NCBI GenBank assembly: GCA_025786725.1
Contig: JAHLTZ010000001.1
Coordinates: 310,001-374,000 of the forward strand
Reading direction: 5' to 3'
From: Syncephalis fuscata S228
Taxonomy: Eukaryota > Fungi > Zoopagomycota
Length of the DNA: 64,000 nucleotides
Shown: piece after piece, positions 26,269-38,162 of the stretch
Layout: the number at the start of each line of letters is the position of its first letter
How positions within the stretch are numbered: position 1 is the stretch's first letter
Made by a program: the position numbers and the translations under genes
The notes under the pieces: model-generated
Told to the model about the DNA's origin: nothing
Database searches by the model: none
The model's input: the letters and a program-made list of their open reading frames with translations, nothing else

Positions 26269-27479
26269 ATGGTGCCAGTATCGTCTAGCAAGAACGTCGA
26301 GCCACTAAATGGCCGTGTAACCAAAGTATTAAAACTGTACCAAATGTTATACAGCTATTTGACATGTGAGTTAAACTAAACAGGAAACAATCTGTGATGC
26401 ATTGGAATCATTATGTAATCTGCTTAAGCATCAAACGATTGAAACGAAACAACAAGACAATGAAAGTGCTTTCAAAGTTAATGCTAATTCAAAAAAAGTC
26501 ATGGTTAGTATAAAAATGCGTAATAAATCTGAAGCTATTAACATGAATATTTCTAGAGTATGAAAAAGCGCACATGAAGGGTGTCAAAAGATCAAGCACA
26601 AATGTCGAGATATTGAAAAGAAAAATCAAGTGGATAAGAAAAGAAAAAGCATACGAGAAAAGGATAGCTGAGTATCGAGTAGAAAAAATAAGACTTTCAA
26701 ATAAGCTGGAATGTATGAGAAATAGCATTGGACATAAAACAAAGAATATAGAACAATTGGAGAAGGAAATTGAAGCAAAGAAACAAACACTGGCAGTAGT
26801 GCATAATTTATTGCTTAACGAAGCCAAGGCGGAAGCTCATGGTGTTGGCATAGATCAGAATAACATTTATTCTAGGCGATATAGTAGCATAGTAGGTAGC
26901 TCGAAATATAATGGCAAATCAAGTAAGAGAAATCAAACAAGCAAAGAAACAAGATCGTATCAAAAACGGCCAAACAATATCCATCAAAATGGTTCTACTA
27001 GGTCGATGCCATTAAACGCCAAACAAGAAATGCGCAACCTGAATGTTCAATCGAATGAAAAAACGGAAATATGCTATAATTGTACAAAGCAACAGCTTTT
27101 AACTAGAGATATGATCAGAATAATTACACATTTAAGTTGTTTGTCGGATGAAGCATTAGCCAATGAAAGATATTTCGCCAAAATATTTTTTTATAATATG
27201 TCGCGAGAAGAGCCAGAACCTTACAAGTCCAAATCATTAACTGCTGCAGTGGATAACTGTCAGCTTATATTAAATTCTTTAAAAAACAAGATTGGTCAGC
27301 GCGTAAATGACTTGTTAACCATGGAATATTGGTGCACTGACAATATCGATGTTCAAATAAAAGATCTTACAAGCTTTTATTTAGATACATCAGTATTTGG
27401 TACAATATATGAAAACTCTCAAGACTACTTGAAGAACAAGGCAAACACGCAAAAAAGTAAATTCGTTAAAGGTATTTAA
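26269..27479 (+). CDS. Hypothetical coiled-coil protein (probably 3 exons)
   Basis: 301-aa ORF with a K/E-rich N-terminal coiled coil. Upstream short exons from ATG 26269 can be joined by GT-AG introns. Confidence 0.6.
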
Positions 27480-27555
27480 AGCATTGACACTCATTTTTTA
27501 TTATTAACCAATAGTAAATATAAATATTCAAGCAGATAATATAGTAAATATTTAA

Positions 27556-28440
27556 TTAATAAATGTAAGGCAACACTCTAGCCCGCGTACTGGCAAATCT
27601 GCTCCATTCTTCCCCAAATGAATCACTCAGCATCTTTTCTTCTTGGGGCAATCGCACGAAAGCAATAACAGAGATTGTAATCAAGCCCACAACAATACTG
27701 ATTAATAAACCGATTAAATAACATACGTGTGGATCATTAAGTAACCAAATTAGCGTCGTTATAGCCTGTGTTAAATAATTCGGCAATTCAGTTTGCTTAA
27801 TGCTAATTTCAAGTAGATCGACGACTAATGGTCTAATAATTTCTTGGAGTGTTGGTATAGCAATCAAGTAAGCACAACATGGAGACATCAGAATTAAACC
27901 AGTATAACTGGGGTGGCGCACGTATTGGTAAGGACCACTTTGTACAATGTGTTGATCTTTACTGACGCCTAGTTTAAATGTAAAAAATCGGCCCAATTCA
28001 CGCATGCTCCATGCTCGTATTTCGGCAGCAAAAATACAAATGCTTACGGCAATTATATCGCCGAGACCATTCCATTGAAAGAACGATGGTGCATAGGGGA
28101 TGCGAATGGGGAGTGCTATAGCAAAGAACCTTTGCAGTGCAGTTGCATCAATGCCTATGACGTTTGCTAGATAAAGGATAATAGAATCAAGATGAGCAAA
28201 AGCAAGACCAACAAAATTGCTCACAGCAAATATAATGAACACAAAACGGCCCAACTTTGAGAATGGACCAACCGTGAAAAAAGAATAACGTTCATTTAGC
28301 TGTGGCTTTTCTTCGGCTCGTTGCTTATGCTCCTTTGATTCTGAGTGGCGTGGCACCATCATATCGTAGCTACGAGCAGTAACATAGAGCATAGCCAGTA
28401 ATTTTGTATACGAGATATCGGATGACGCTATGATTTCCAT
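27556..28440 (-). CDS. ICMT/PEMT-family membrane methyltransferase, paralog 2 (intronless, intact)
   Basis: 294-aa ORF; AWSMRELGRFFTF, GPYQYVRHPSYTG, RLPQEEKMLSDSFGEEW, RVLPYIY*. Collinear with paralog 1. Confidence 0.9.
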   Translation of the reverse strand: MEIIASSDISYTKLLAMLYVTARSYDMMVPRHSESKEHKQRAEEKPQLNERYSFFTVGPFSKLGRFVFIIFAVSNFVGLAFAHLDSIILYLANVIGIDATALQRFFAIALPIRIPYAPSFFQWNGLGDIIAVSICIFAAEIRAWSMRELGRFFTFKLGVSKDQHIVQSGPYQYVRHPSYTGLILMSPCCAYLIAIPTLQEIIRPLVVDLLEISIKQTELPNYLTQAITTLIWLLNDPHVCYLIGLLISIVVGLITISVIAFVRLPQEEKMLSDSFGEEWSRFASTRARVLPYIY

Positions 28441-28547
28441 GTTGGTGATGCTAGTTAGGTTGAAAAGTGACGAATCTTTACAAATGTTTTGTTTGTTTTA
28501 TACAAAAGGTTGGGCGCATGTGAAGAAGCAAGCGAAAAAGTTTGACT

Positions 28548-29491
28548 ATTACTTCAATCTTCTGGGGCAGTAAATCATTTTACGCAATCAATTGTAGTGA
28601 TTTGATTTGATTAATTGGTGTTTAAATGATAATTCATAATAAACATTAATCAATGTAACAACATTATCATTTCCATAAAATAGAATTGATTGTAACAGAG
28701 CATTGTATTAGTGGTTGCTATTTTAAACATTTAAATAAACAATGTAATATGCTATTTGATTTCATTGAACACTTGAACCGATCATTGTTGTTGTTGGCCA
28801 TGTGTAGAAAGATTGATTGAATATTAATAAAAGCCATACTTGGTATCAACTTGATAGATACAATTTATTTGTTGACCATTAATGAAGCAAATGGCCTCTA
28901 CATATGCAATAATGATAGGTGAGTGTCTTACAAAGATCTTGTGGCACAGTTGCAACCAGAATATACGGCATGCCGTTGAGGTTACTTGAACGGTGTTGAT
29001 GTAAATAAAAAATAAAGACTAGGGATTGATAATGTTTTTTATTGATGTTCAAATACGCATGCTATTTATATTGTTATATTCGGTATGATTATATAATATA
29101 GCACTAAATAGAACAATAAGATAGCAATAGAAAAATAAGAGTGAAACGAGTAAATAAAAAATGTAAAAGGCAACGTATAATAACTTCCATATATTAATTA
29201 TAATAGACTCATGTAGTTCAGTGTCAAAACATCAAAGCTAGCATCCTTTACTTGATTGAACTACACATTTGTTGTTCTACTAAACATGGAACTGGATGGT
29301 GAGTTATATTAAATATCAAATTATAATGCTTTCAATACTTTACAGGACCATAATATGAAGCAACATTTATCTATTTACTATATTTTATTGCTAATTAATT
29401 CAATCAGAGTTGAGTGGCACTGCTCCAACAAATAACGTTTCTCAATATTAAAAACTAATTGGCGATTTATTATTTGAGTTATGGATTTTTT
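28548..29491. repeat. ~950-bp dispersed repeat, copy 2
   Basis: Matches 1528-2483 with scattered substitutions and several 1-bp deletions. Confidence 0.95.
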
Positions 29492-30178
29492 TATTCTTCA
29501 GTTTGAGGATAGAGAGTCAAACTGCCCATTGGAGTTTGTATTGTGACTTGCCTAACCATGACATATAGTGTAAAAGAAATACAGGAAAAGGCTATTTAAC
29601 TAAAACAATGAATTCTAGTTGCATTAAAGACCAGCTTCTCGACACTAAATTAAATAAACCAGTTGTTATCGGCCTTAATTTAACAAATTAATTATGTAAA
29701 AATAAATTGTTATAGTCACAAATTTTAATTTGTATAAAATAGAGTGTATGTTTTAGCAGCTATCACATCGTAATTTATATTCCATTGCATATCTTGCATT
29801 TATGTATAGCATATATTTCTAAACCTTAATAGATCAGTTATAATATTGTCCGATATCTTAAACTATACTTTTTATAATTTTGACTAGCTTTGGACTAGCT
29901 AGAATAAAACATTAATAGAATCAATAAAGACATATTTATTATATACGTGTTTATAGCATTACTCTACACATATAATTGCAAATACACGCTATAAACATAA
30001 ATATAATCAAAATACTATCGAATTAAACGCAATCCATATTTGATCAAATATTTAGTAACGATTACATTAAAATATAGCAATTACAATAATAATCTATTTA
30101 TCCAACAGTCTTTGTACTTATCATATTAAATCATTAATATTGTTAATTGCTGTTTATTAATAATGTATTTTATTTTAG

Positions 30179-32680
30179 CTATTCGCGTGTCTGTATCGAT
30201 TTTAATAACTGCATGCCAAAATCATTGATCGACATACTTGTCGATTGTCGTTCTCCACGCCGACGTACCGCTACCAATTGCTGGTTAACCTCTTGCTCAC
30301 CCAACACTAGTAAGTAGTTATATCGCTGCTCTTGTGCTTGTCGAATCATTTTTGATAAGCTATGTCCTGATGTATTGACGTCAATATGAAGAGGCAGCCC
30401 ATACTGCTCGTGAAGCGCGACCAATTGTTCGCGTACTTTACGTGCATATGGTACAAATGGAGTAGCCACCGGACATAGCATGACTTGTCGTGGGCTTTGC
30501 CATAATGGCCAGTCGCCGGCATAATGCTCGGCAAGGATAGCTAGCATACGTTCCAGCGAGCCTAAAATTGCTCGATGAATAATAACCGGCTGCTTGTGTT
30601 GTCCATTAGCATCGGTGTATTTTAAAGAAAAACGTTGTGGCAATTGGAAATCCAATTGAATGGTAGCTGTTTGATGCTGACGGCCCAATGCGTCACGTAC
30701 GCAAATATCAATCTTTGGGCCATAGAATGCACCATCACCAGGATTTAATTGCCAGGCACGACCCGTAGCATTTAACGCATCAGCAAGTGCCGTCTCGGCA
30801 GCTTCCCAGTCTTCAAGTGCACCAATATAACTGCGTTCAGGACGAGTCGATAAAAACAACTCATACTCAGTAAATTGTAGTGCAGAATAAATACGCTCTA
30901 CCATGGCTAGTGTTGAGCGAATTTCTTCACCGACTTGATCAGATCGACAAAATATATGCGCATCATCTTGGTGGAAATTACGCACTCGTGTTAAGCCAGA
31001 TAATGCACCGGCAGCTTCCCATCTTAAATAATAAAGTAAATATAATACTTTAACTATTATAAATACAACTTACCGATGTAATGACCCAAAGTCTGCTAAA
31101 CGCATTGGTAGTTCATGAGCAGTACGTGGTTGACAGGCATAGATTAAACAATGTGCTGGACAATTCATCGGCTTTAATCCATACCAATCTGTATTGGAGG
31201 TGGTTGGCGCAACATCAGTTGTATTTGCCTCTGGTAATCCACCACGAACAGCAAACATATCTTCCGCATAATTCTGCCAATGACCTGACTGTTCCCATAA
31301 CGACTTTTTAAATACCATAGGTGTCATTACTTCTTCATAACCAAATCGCCGATATTCTGCTCGTAAAAAGGCTAGTAATCGTTCTATAATACGCGTACCA
31401 TGCGGTAAGAAAAACGGCCCACCTGGACTGCTAACATCAAAGTGGAATAGTTGCTGTTTTGTGCCAATAACTCGATGATCACGTCGTTGTGCTTCTTCTT
31501 GTTGTTGACGCCATTGCTTTTGTGCCTTCTCTGATGGAAAACTCACCCCACGTACTCGAGTAACATGCTGCTTTGCTTCAGACTTGTTCTGTTCTGCCCG
31601 CCAATGAGTCCCCGACACTGCTGTTAGGTCAAAGTGTCGCAATAGACCGGTACGCGGTAATAATGGTCCTTTAACCACGTCTATATAGTCTCCTATACGG
31701 TAGAGTGGCACCATATCGTGTGGCTTATACAGGGACCGCATACGATACGCTTTAATGGATCATTATCTATAATTTAGCTGCAATATCCAGTGGAACCTTA
31801 ATTGTTCCACAGTATATTACTTTCAACATAGTATTAATGCGTTTTGTTAAACGAGCTAGATCATGTTCACTAGCATGTTGAATATCAATTTGATTTAATA
31901 GTTGTAAGATATGTTTGTTCTGTATATCATGATTAGTCGATGCAATCATTTGACGTAATTTTCCTTTAATACTAGTGCCCAATTGTGATGGCAACAATAT
32001 ATATTCATAAGTAAATTTAGGTGGTGTATCATTAAGATCTGAATGCCATCCATAACTCGTCATTATATTCCAGTGCTAATGCTTTACCAAATACAAATAC
32101 TGATGTGGCAGTGTAAAAAGGTGCCACTTGGCTATTTGTTCACTTAGAAAGTTATCTCGTCATTTTGTTGATCATATTGACTAGTATTGGTGTATGAGTC
32201 ATGTATTAATGGTCGATTCAGATCCCATAGTCGACCTTTAAATACTGCGCCTACTGTTTGCTTTGATAGCTTTGGATTCCAATCTATCAACAATAATAAA
32301 TAATAAATAATAAGAATCCAGTTCATTAGTCGCAATATTAGCTTACTTTTAAGTAAAGTATTTGGCGTTGTAACACCCGACTGATACTCGCATACTTGTC
32401 CGTCTGGCAAACTAATTCGCTTTATAGTGGCTGTTTGATACTGTTCTAGTATCTTCTCTTCTCTGCCGCCCATTGTGCCGACAATGATAAATAACGCTGT
32501 AAAGGTCGGTCTAACAAAGCAGTAGTATTCAAATGTATTAATTAAACCGTCAATGAATATCATTCGCGTAGGTACACCTACAAACAATAGCCGCTCCCCT
32601 TCTTCTTGCAATATAGAAGTGGCAGAAGAAGAAGAAGAAGAGTAAGAAGAAGAGTAAGCAACACGAAGCAAAGGGAACAT
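30179..32680 (-). CDS. Threonyl-tRNA synthetase, probably mitochondrial (TGS, degenerate editing domain, catalytic and anticodon domains)
   Basis: SLPDG..GVTTP, WDLNRPL (TGS); RDHRVIG, SGHWQNY, KPMNCPAHC, GALSGLTRVRNFHQDDAHIF, GAFYGPKID, TIQLDFQLP, HRAILGSLER. Start uncertain; several frameshifts in the 5' third. Confidence 0.93.
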
Positions 32681-32797
32681 GCCGGTGACTGGCCACATAA
32701 AAGAAAAACAAATATAATTTTATTGAGTATTTTAATTCTGCATAAAAGTGTATCTATATATTCAACACACAAACACCGCCACGTAGACGGTAATTAT

Positions 32798-35714
32798 CTA
32801 AACTGCCATACGTTCTTGTTGTCGAGTAACATAGTTTAACTTGTCCATCACCTCTTCTAGCTTCTGTTTTCTATCCATTAGTTCTAATTGCTGAAGAACA
32901 CGTGGATTTCACGAGCAAATGCCATAACATGATCCTTATCCAATCCAAAATACAGCTTACTATCGAGTTCACGTGGGAATTGGAAGAAGAATTCATTAAG
33001 TAACTCGACTTGAAGAAACATAACGGCGGCATTAGTTAATTTTTCAGCTACAAGATTAAGGAAGGCTTCAGGACATTGATTGCGATTTCTTCGGTCTTGG
33101 CAATGTTTACTTCGAAGGGCAACCTGGCGTAGCTTAAGAATGGCCGCCCGATCTCGTAGCTCCATGGCTAATTTGGCCTCTTCTAAAATGGCTGGACTTA
33201 GCATAGATTGCGTCGTTTCCGCCGCTTCTTTCGATTCAGTCAAGTCTTTAGATGATGTTGTTGATGGCGATTTAGTTGATTTTGTTGCAGTAGCTGTAGA
33301 TTTTGTGGATGTAGATGTTGTAGACTTTGTTGCTGTTGCTGCTGCTGTAGATGCTGTAGACTGTGGTGTCTGCCAGCCTAAAGCTTTAGCATTCTTAGTC
33401 GACTCTTGAATATAATTAATAGCCGAGTTTAAAGTCCGCTTGCCTACACGGTTATTTAACTCTTTTAATGCGCGTGCACACATATCCATTTCACGTTCAA
33501 GTAACTTAGTGGCTCGTTCAACGCTACTTTCCCATTCTGACTGTGAGCAGTCAACCTCAAACTTGAATGGCTTGATCGTATTTTCAACCTGATCCATGGC
33601 AAAGTGGAATTTGCGTCGAAGTATATCGTTACCGAATGTCATAACATTGCGCTGTGTATCTGGATGGTGTGGAAATGGGTCCACTTCGACAATACGCGTC
33701 AGATTATGTTTAAGCACATCCATAACCAACTGGGTACTTAAACGACCGATACCGCATTTGGTTAGAGAAGAAACGCCCATGTCTAGTTTATGCTGCCAAT
33801 AAAAGTCATCAGTGCTGGCTTTTGGCAAGTCGGTTATTTTGTTATCAGTCCAATAAATACGAGCACAAATATCCAGTGCACGTTGTTCTAACATAGTTCT
33901 AACGGAAGTACCACAGTTGATCGATCAAATTGTTGTGAAAATTGCTTAAACGACTGTTTTAACGTGTCGAGAGAGTCGGCTGCATATGACTCAGCACTAA
34001 TTGGCCGATCATTATAGTGTACTTTATATTGATAGCGTGATTCATCCAGTTCAGCCTGTACTGCATCGACAATTAAATGAAGATTGCGTCGCATATTCTC
34101 TTCAAGTACTTTGATCAGTTTTCTCTTTAAAAAGTCGGTACCAACTTGTAGATCTGGCTGTTGATACTCCTTATGCTCTTGGAAATAAGCATTGCCTGCT
34201 TTGACCAATTCTTTCGATGAAGTGGAGCGTGATTTGCGCTGCTTACTCACCACGCCGACATAACCAAGCATTAGAGGATAATCTTGGTTACGTAATATTT
34301 CAACACCTTGTTCCGGAGGAATCAAATCCATTTTGGTAAGAACGCCAATGGTACGTACACCCAATGGATCTGCACGTCGACTGGCCAGTAAAGCTTCAGA
34401 GTTGGCCAGATCTACATCGGCTGAACAGACGGCTAGAATAATATTTGGCTCACAAATGTATGTCTCGCATAACGATGCAATTTTTTGTTTAAGCATTTCT
34501 GGCTGCTTTCGATTATGTACTTGAATGTAGCCAGGTAGATCGACCAGTGTTAGATCAGGTACATGCGGTGAGTAGATGCGTAGTTCTATAGGTTCAGCAG
34601 AAATACACTCTTCATCTGATACTGCAAGATTTAAATCGGTTAACGTCTCGCGTATACGAGAAAAGTCCTTCAATTTGCCTAGACCAAGTTGTGGAAATTC
34701 ACCGTATTCCTCCTTCGAGTCAGGTGTATGAATTAGAGTAAGCTCAATGGGTCGACGAGTTACCATATTGGATCCTCTAATAGATAATGCATTAGTCAGT
34801 AAATTATTAATCAAATATTACTATCTTACTTTGGTAAAAACTCATTGCCTACAATTGCCTCTAGTACCGAACTTTTACCGGAACTTTGTGAGCCAATAAC
34901 AACAATACTGGGTAGTTGCAGTGTGCCATCGTGTTTTACCGTTTTTAATAAATTTCGTATTTCAATTAGTGTACGTGTCAGTGCCATAAATTCAGTGCTG
35001 CCTCGATCTGTGTCTTCACTCTGTGCTTCCTCCTCACGAGGTCGTAGACTGGCACCAAATGCCGCAACAGCCGCTGCCACTGATGTTGGCGTCTTTTCCG
35101 GTGGCTCATTGTTATTATTATTGTTATTATTATTGTTATTATTGTTATTGCCGCCAATATCGCTGCCGCTTATTAATTCTTGTGCACGCCTAGTAGATTC
35201 CGACACATAGAGACCCGGATCTGACGTATCTTCTTTACTGCTTCCAAAACTAGGAAAATGCCAATCTGCATTCGCTATTGAGCTGAATACACCTTTGGCA
35301 TCTGATACCAAGTCTGGAAGCCAGCTTGGAGTTATTTTTTCGGAAAACTCTATTATTAACAATATACAAAGATCAGCAAGTAGCAAGATGGTTTACTATA
35401 TCAATTACCATGAAGTTTGTAATTTGCATAGCCTGCAGCCCCAGCGCCAACACCAAACACCGTAATAGGAACCGGAACATTTGAAACAAATAACGAGGCG
35501 TAGACGTGAACGAGATCGCGCGCGTATGACGTGGCAAGTTCACCAGTGCAATGGAGCTTGGCCGAGCAGCAAACAGCAAGCGACGTTGGCTGGAAAAATG
35601 GCGACTAATTGCCTGGCTGGCGATCGCTCTACTGCGCGTAGATTCTGCCCTTAATGAAAAGGGCAGCGCGCTTGCCGACAGCGCTTGCTTTCTTCGTTGC
35701 AGTATAAATGACAT
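32798..35714 (-). CDS. MGM1: Mitochondrial dynamin-like GTPase Mgm1/OPA1
   Basis: Arg/Ser-rich presequence; [23 protein letters not shown]; [11 protein letters not shown]; DLPGYI; DVDLANS; TKMD; CPEAFL; [15 protein letters not shown]. Three apparent 1-bp deletions (about 35470, 33910, 32908). Confidence 0.95.
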
Positions 35715-36832
35715 ACAGATGAGTAAAAACGACGGTGTGTTATTTTTGTGCGGCGATTTGGTTGATGTAACTGGTTCCGTTGGATCCCGTGACGAAATAA
35801 AATCATATTTTTTATTCAAGACTTATAATCTTAAAAAGAATATCAACGTCATTGTATGACGCATAAATAGTGTAGAGCTTACGTTGTTTCCGTATTGATA
35901 ATATTAATATTAATAATTAATAAGATCAGGTTAAAAGATATAGTGACTTTTATTTTGATTGACATAATTGTAATACTAGCACGATATTGAGAATTTCATT
36001 ATTTCTATAATCAACTTTGTAGCTTTTGTTTAAAGTAAATAAAATGTTTTAAATATACGTATGACATTTGTAAAGGTATAAAACTGAATACGATGATTAT
36101 AAAAGCGTGTAAAAAATCAACGGTATTTATTAAATCATCAGTAAACTACTAGTAAATCGATAAATACTTGACTAATAGCCAATGATTCGTTTTAATGTCA
36201 TTTTTATGCATTATCATCATCACAAAACAGTTATCTATTATAAATATGAATAAGTTAAAGTTGAGAAATATTATTTTTAAATAGTATGCTGCTTAAACGA
36301 GCATGAATTCTAGAACCCGTGCCAGTAGTAACTTTGTATTTTCAGCATTTAAAATTGAAATAACCACTGGCAAGAATGCTAGGTATATCAAAACCATACG
36401 ATTTAATTACAATCAATAAATCATTCAATAATATGCAGCTGAAATTATGGGCCCCACATGGTTACACATTAAGCGTGCTTTACGCCTGGGACTATAAAGC
36501 TTGCATACACAAGCCTTTACAGTGAACGGCAAACTGGTATCGGTTGTGCGCATTAACAAATTAAAAGTCTTGTGATGCCCATTCCAAGTTGATGCTCCCT
36601 GCAGTTAATAATAGAGCTTTTGTTAGAATGACAGACTACACGGCACCAGGTTTTCTATTGTAGCGCGCAGAATATTCTGGCAATACAAGCCATAAAAGCT
36701 GCATATTTCTACGCTGCATACGATAAATCAATGACCCCGCTCTAATTCATTTCTAACAATATTACCTTTCTTCAATATATATATTATGTTTGTTTATTTG
36801 TACTATACTATAAATACATAAACACATATATA

Positions 36833-37778
36833 ATGGCTATTGATAGAGCGACTTTACCCAAGTTATGGGGAGTTATTCCTATTCATCCAGATGGCGAGGT
36901 TTCAGTATGGGATTTTATTTTGCAGTATAAAAATGCAGAAGATGCCCAAAGACATATTTACAGCAATTTTCTCCAAATACATATAAATGTATTCTTTGGT
37001 CTAATATTTGCTCGTAATAGCTGGCGCTCATTGCTCCTTATTTACAGCAATTCAAAAAGCTTAGCCAGCTGGGCTTGCTTTATCCAGTGCTTTACAGGTG
37101 TTGTTGCGACGCTGAGCAATCTTTCGTCAAATTTTCCTGGAGGGCCACGCTGCCGTGTTAACATCTGGGTGACTTCGTTTGGTTTAATGACTTCAAGTAT
37201 TTGTATCAGTACCTGCCTATTAATGCGGGCATATGCAACCCAGAACCGTGACAAGCGTATTCTATACGGTGGTATATTGCTAATCATACCGCATTTTGCT
37301 ACTATTTACATAATATGGACGCAAAGTATAATGCTAAACTCACCGCACGGGTCATGTTTGGTTCATTTTCCATTTTATTATCCATGGCTCCGCTTCTTTC
37401 TAGATGTATCGCTCAACATTGTTTTTTCAATCATTTTCTTGAAAGTCGTCTACAGACAATATTTGACCCATGGCACAGCATGTTGGCGTCAACTAAGCTC
37501 TGATGGTTTAATTTATTTGCTCAGTGTTGTGTTTGCAAATATATCTTGTGCCTTTTTTACTGCTTTCAGCCTACTTGGTGAATATTCAGACATGTCGTTT
37601 GTGTTTGATTGTAGGTTATTTGCAAAGTTTCTACATACAACTAACATTATCTATAGGGGTGATAACATCAATACTACTTGTGAAACAACTTGAAAGCTTA
37701 CGAGAGGCTTTTACGTCTAAACATAGTAATGGCATCAGTCGCAAAAAATACATGCAGCTCAATAGAGTTTTCAAATAG
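36833..37778 (+). CDS. Seven-transmembrane (GPCR-like) protein, 2 exons
   Basis: About seven hydrophobic segments, Cys at the start of TM3 (GPRCR) and in ECL2 (GSCLVHFP), GT-AG intron about 37610-37657 before the last helix. Confidence 0.7.
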
Positions 37779-38162
37779 TTTTACAATATAAACTGATGAA
37801 ACTTACAAAATTACAGTGGCTTTACAATTGTTGCATTAACTTGAACTAGATAATTAATGTGTAATAATTGTTTTTTATCGATTTATAAAATACAGCCTAT
37901 TGGAATGCATATGTGCGACTTATAAGCAGCATTATTGACTAAAATAACACATGAACAACTAGTTAAGCAATCTAGTATCTACTCTATTCCAATAATCATA
38001 TTTATAAAAAATATCAAATAATAAAGGGGAAATAGTCAAGTAAACACTAGTAAGAGCAATTGTAATAGAGTTGATAGAAATGTAGAGTTGCATATATATA
38101 TTTGCTATGTGTGTATATATATGTCGCTTAGAAATAGTAACAGTGTAAATAGAGTTTAGCTG

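Noticed and set aside
32884-35819. Programmed frameshifting or pseudogenisation of MGM1
   Set aside because: Three independent 1-bp losses in a highly conserved gene, no slippery-site pattern noticed, and the same defect across the window point to assembly error.
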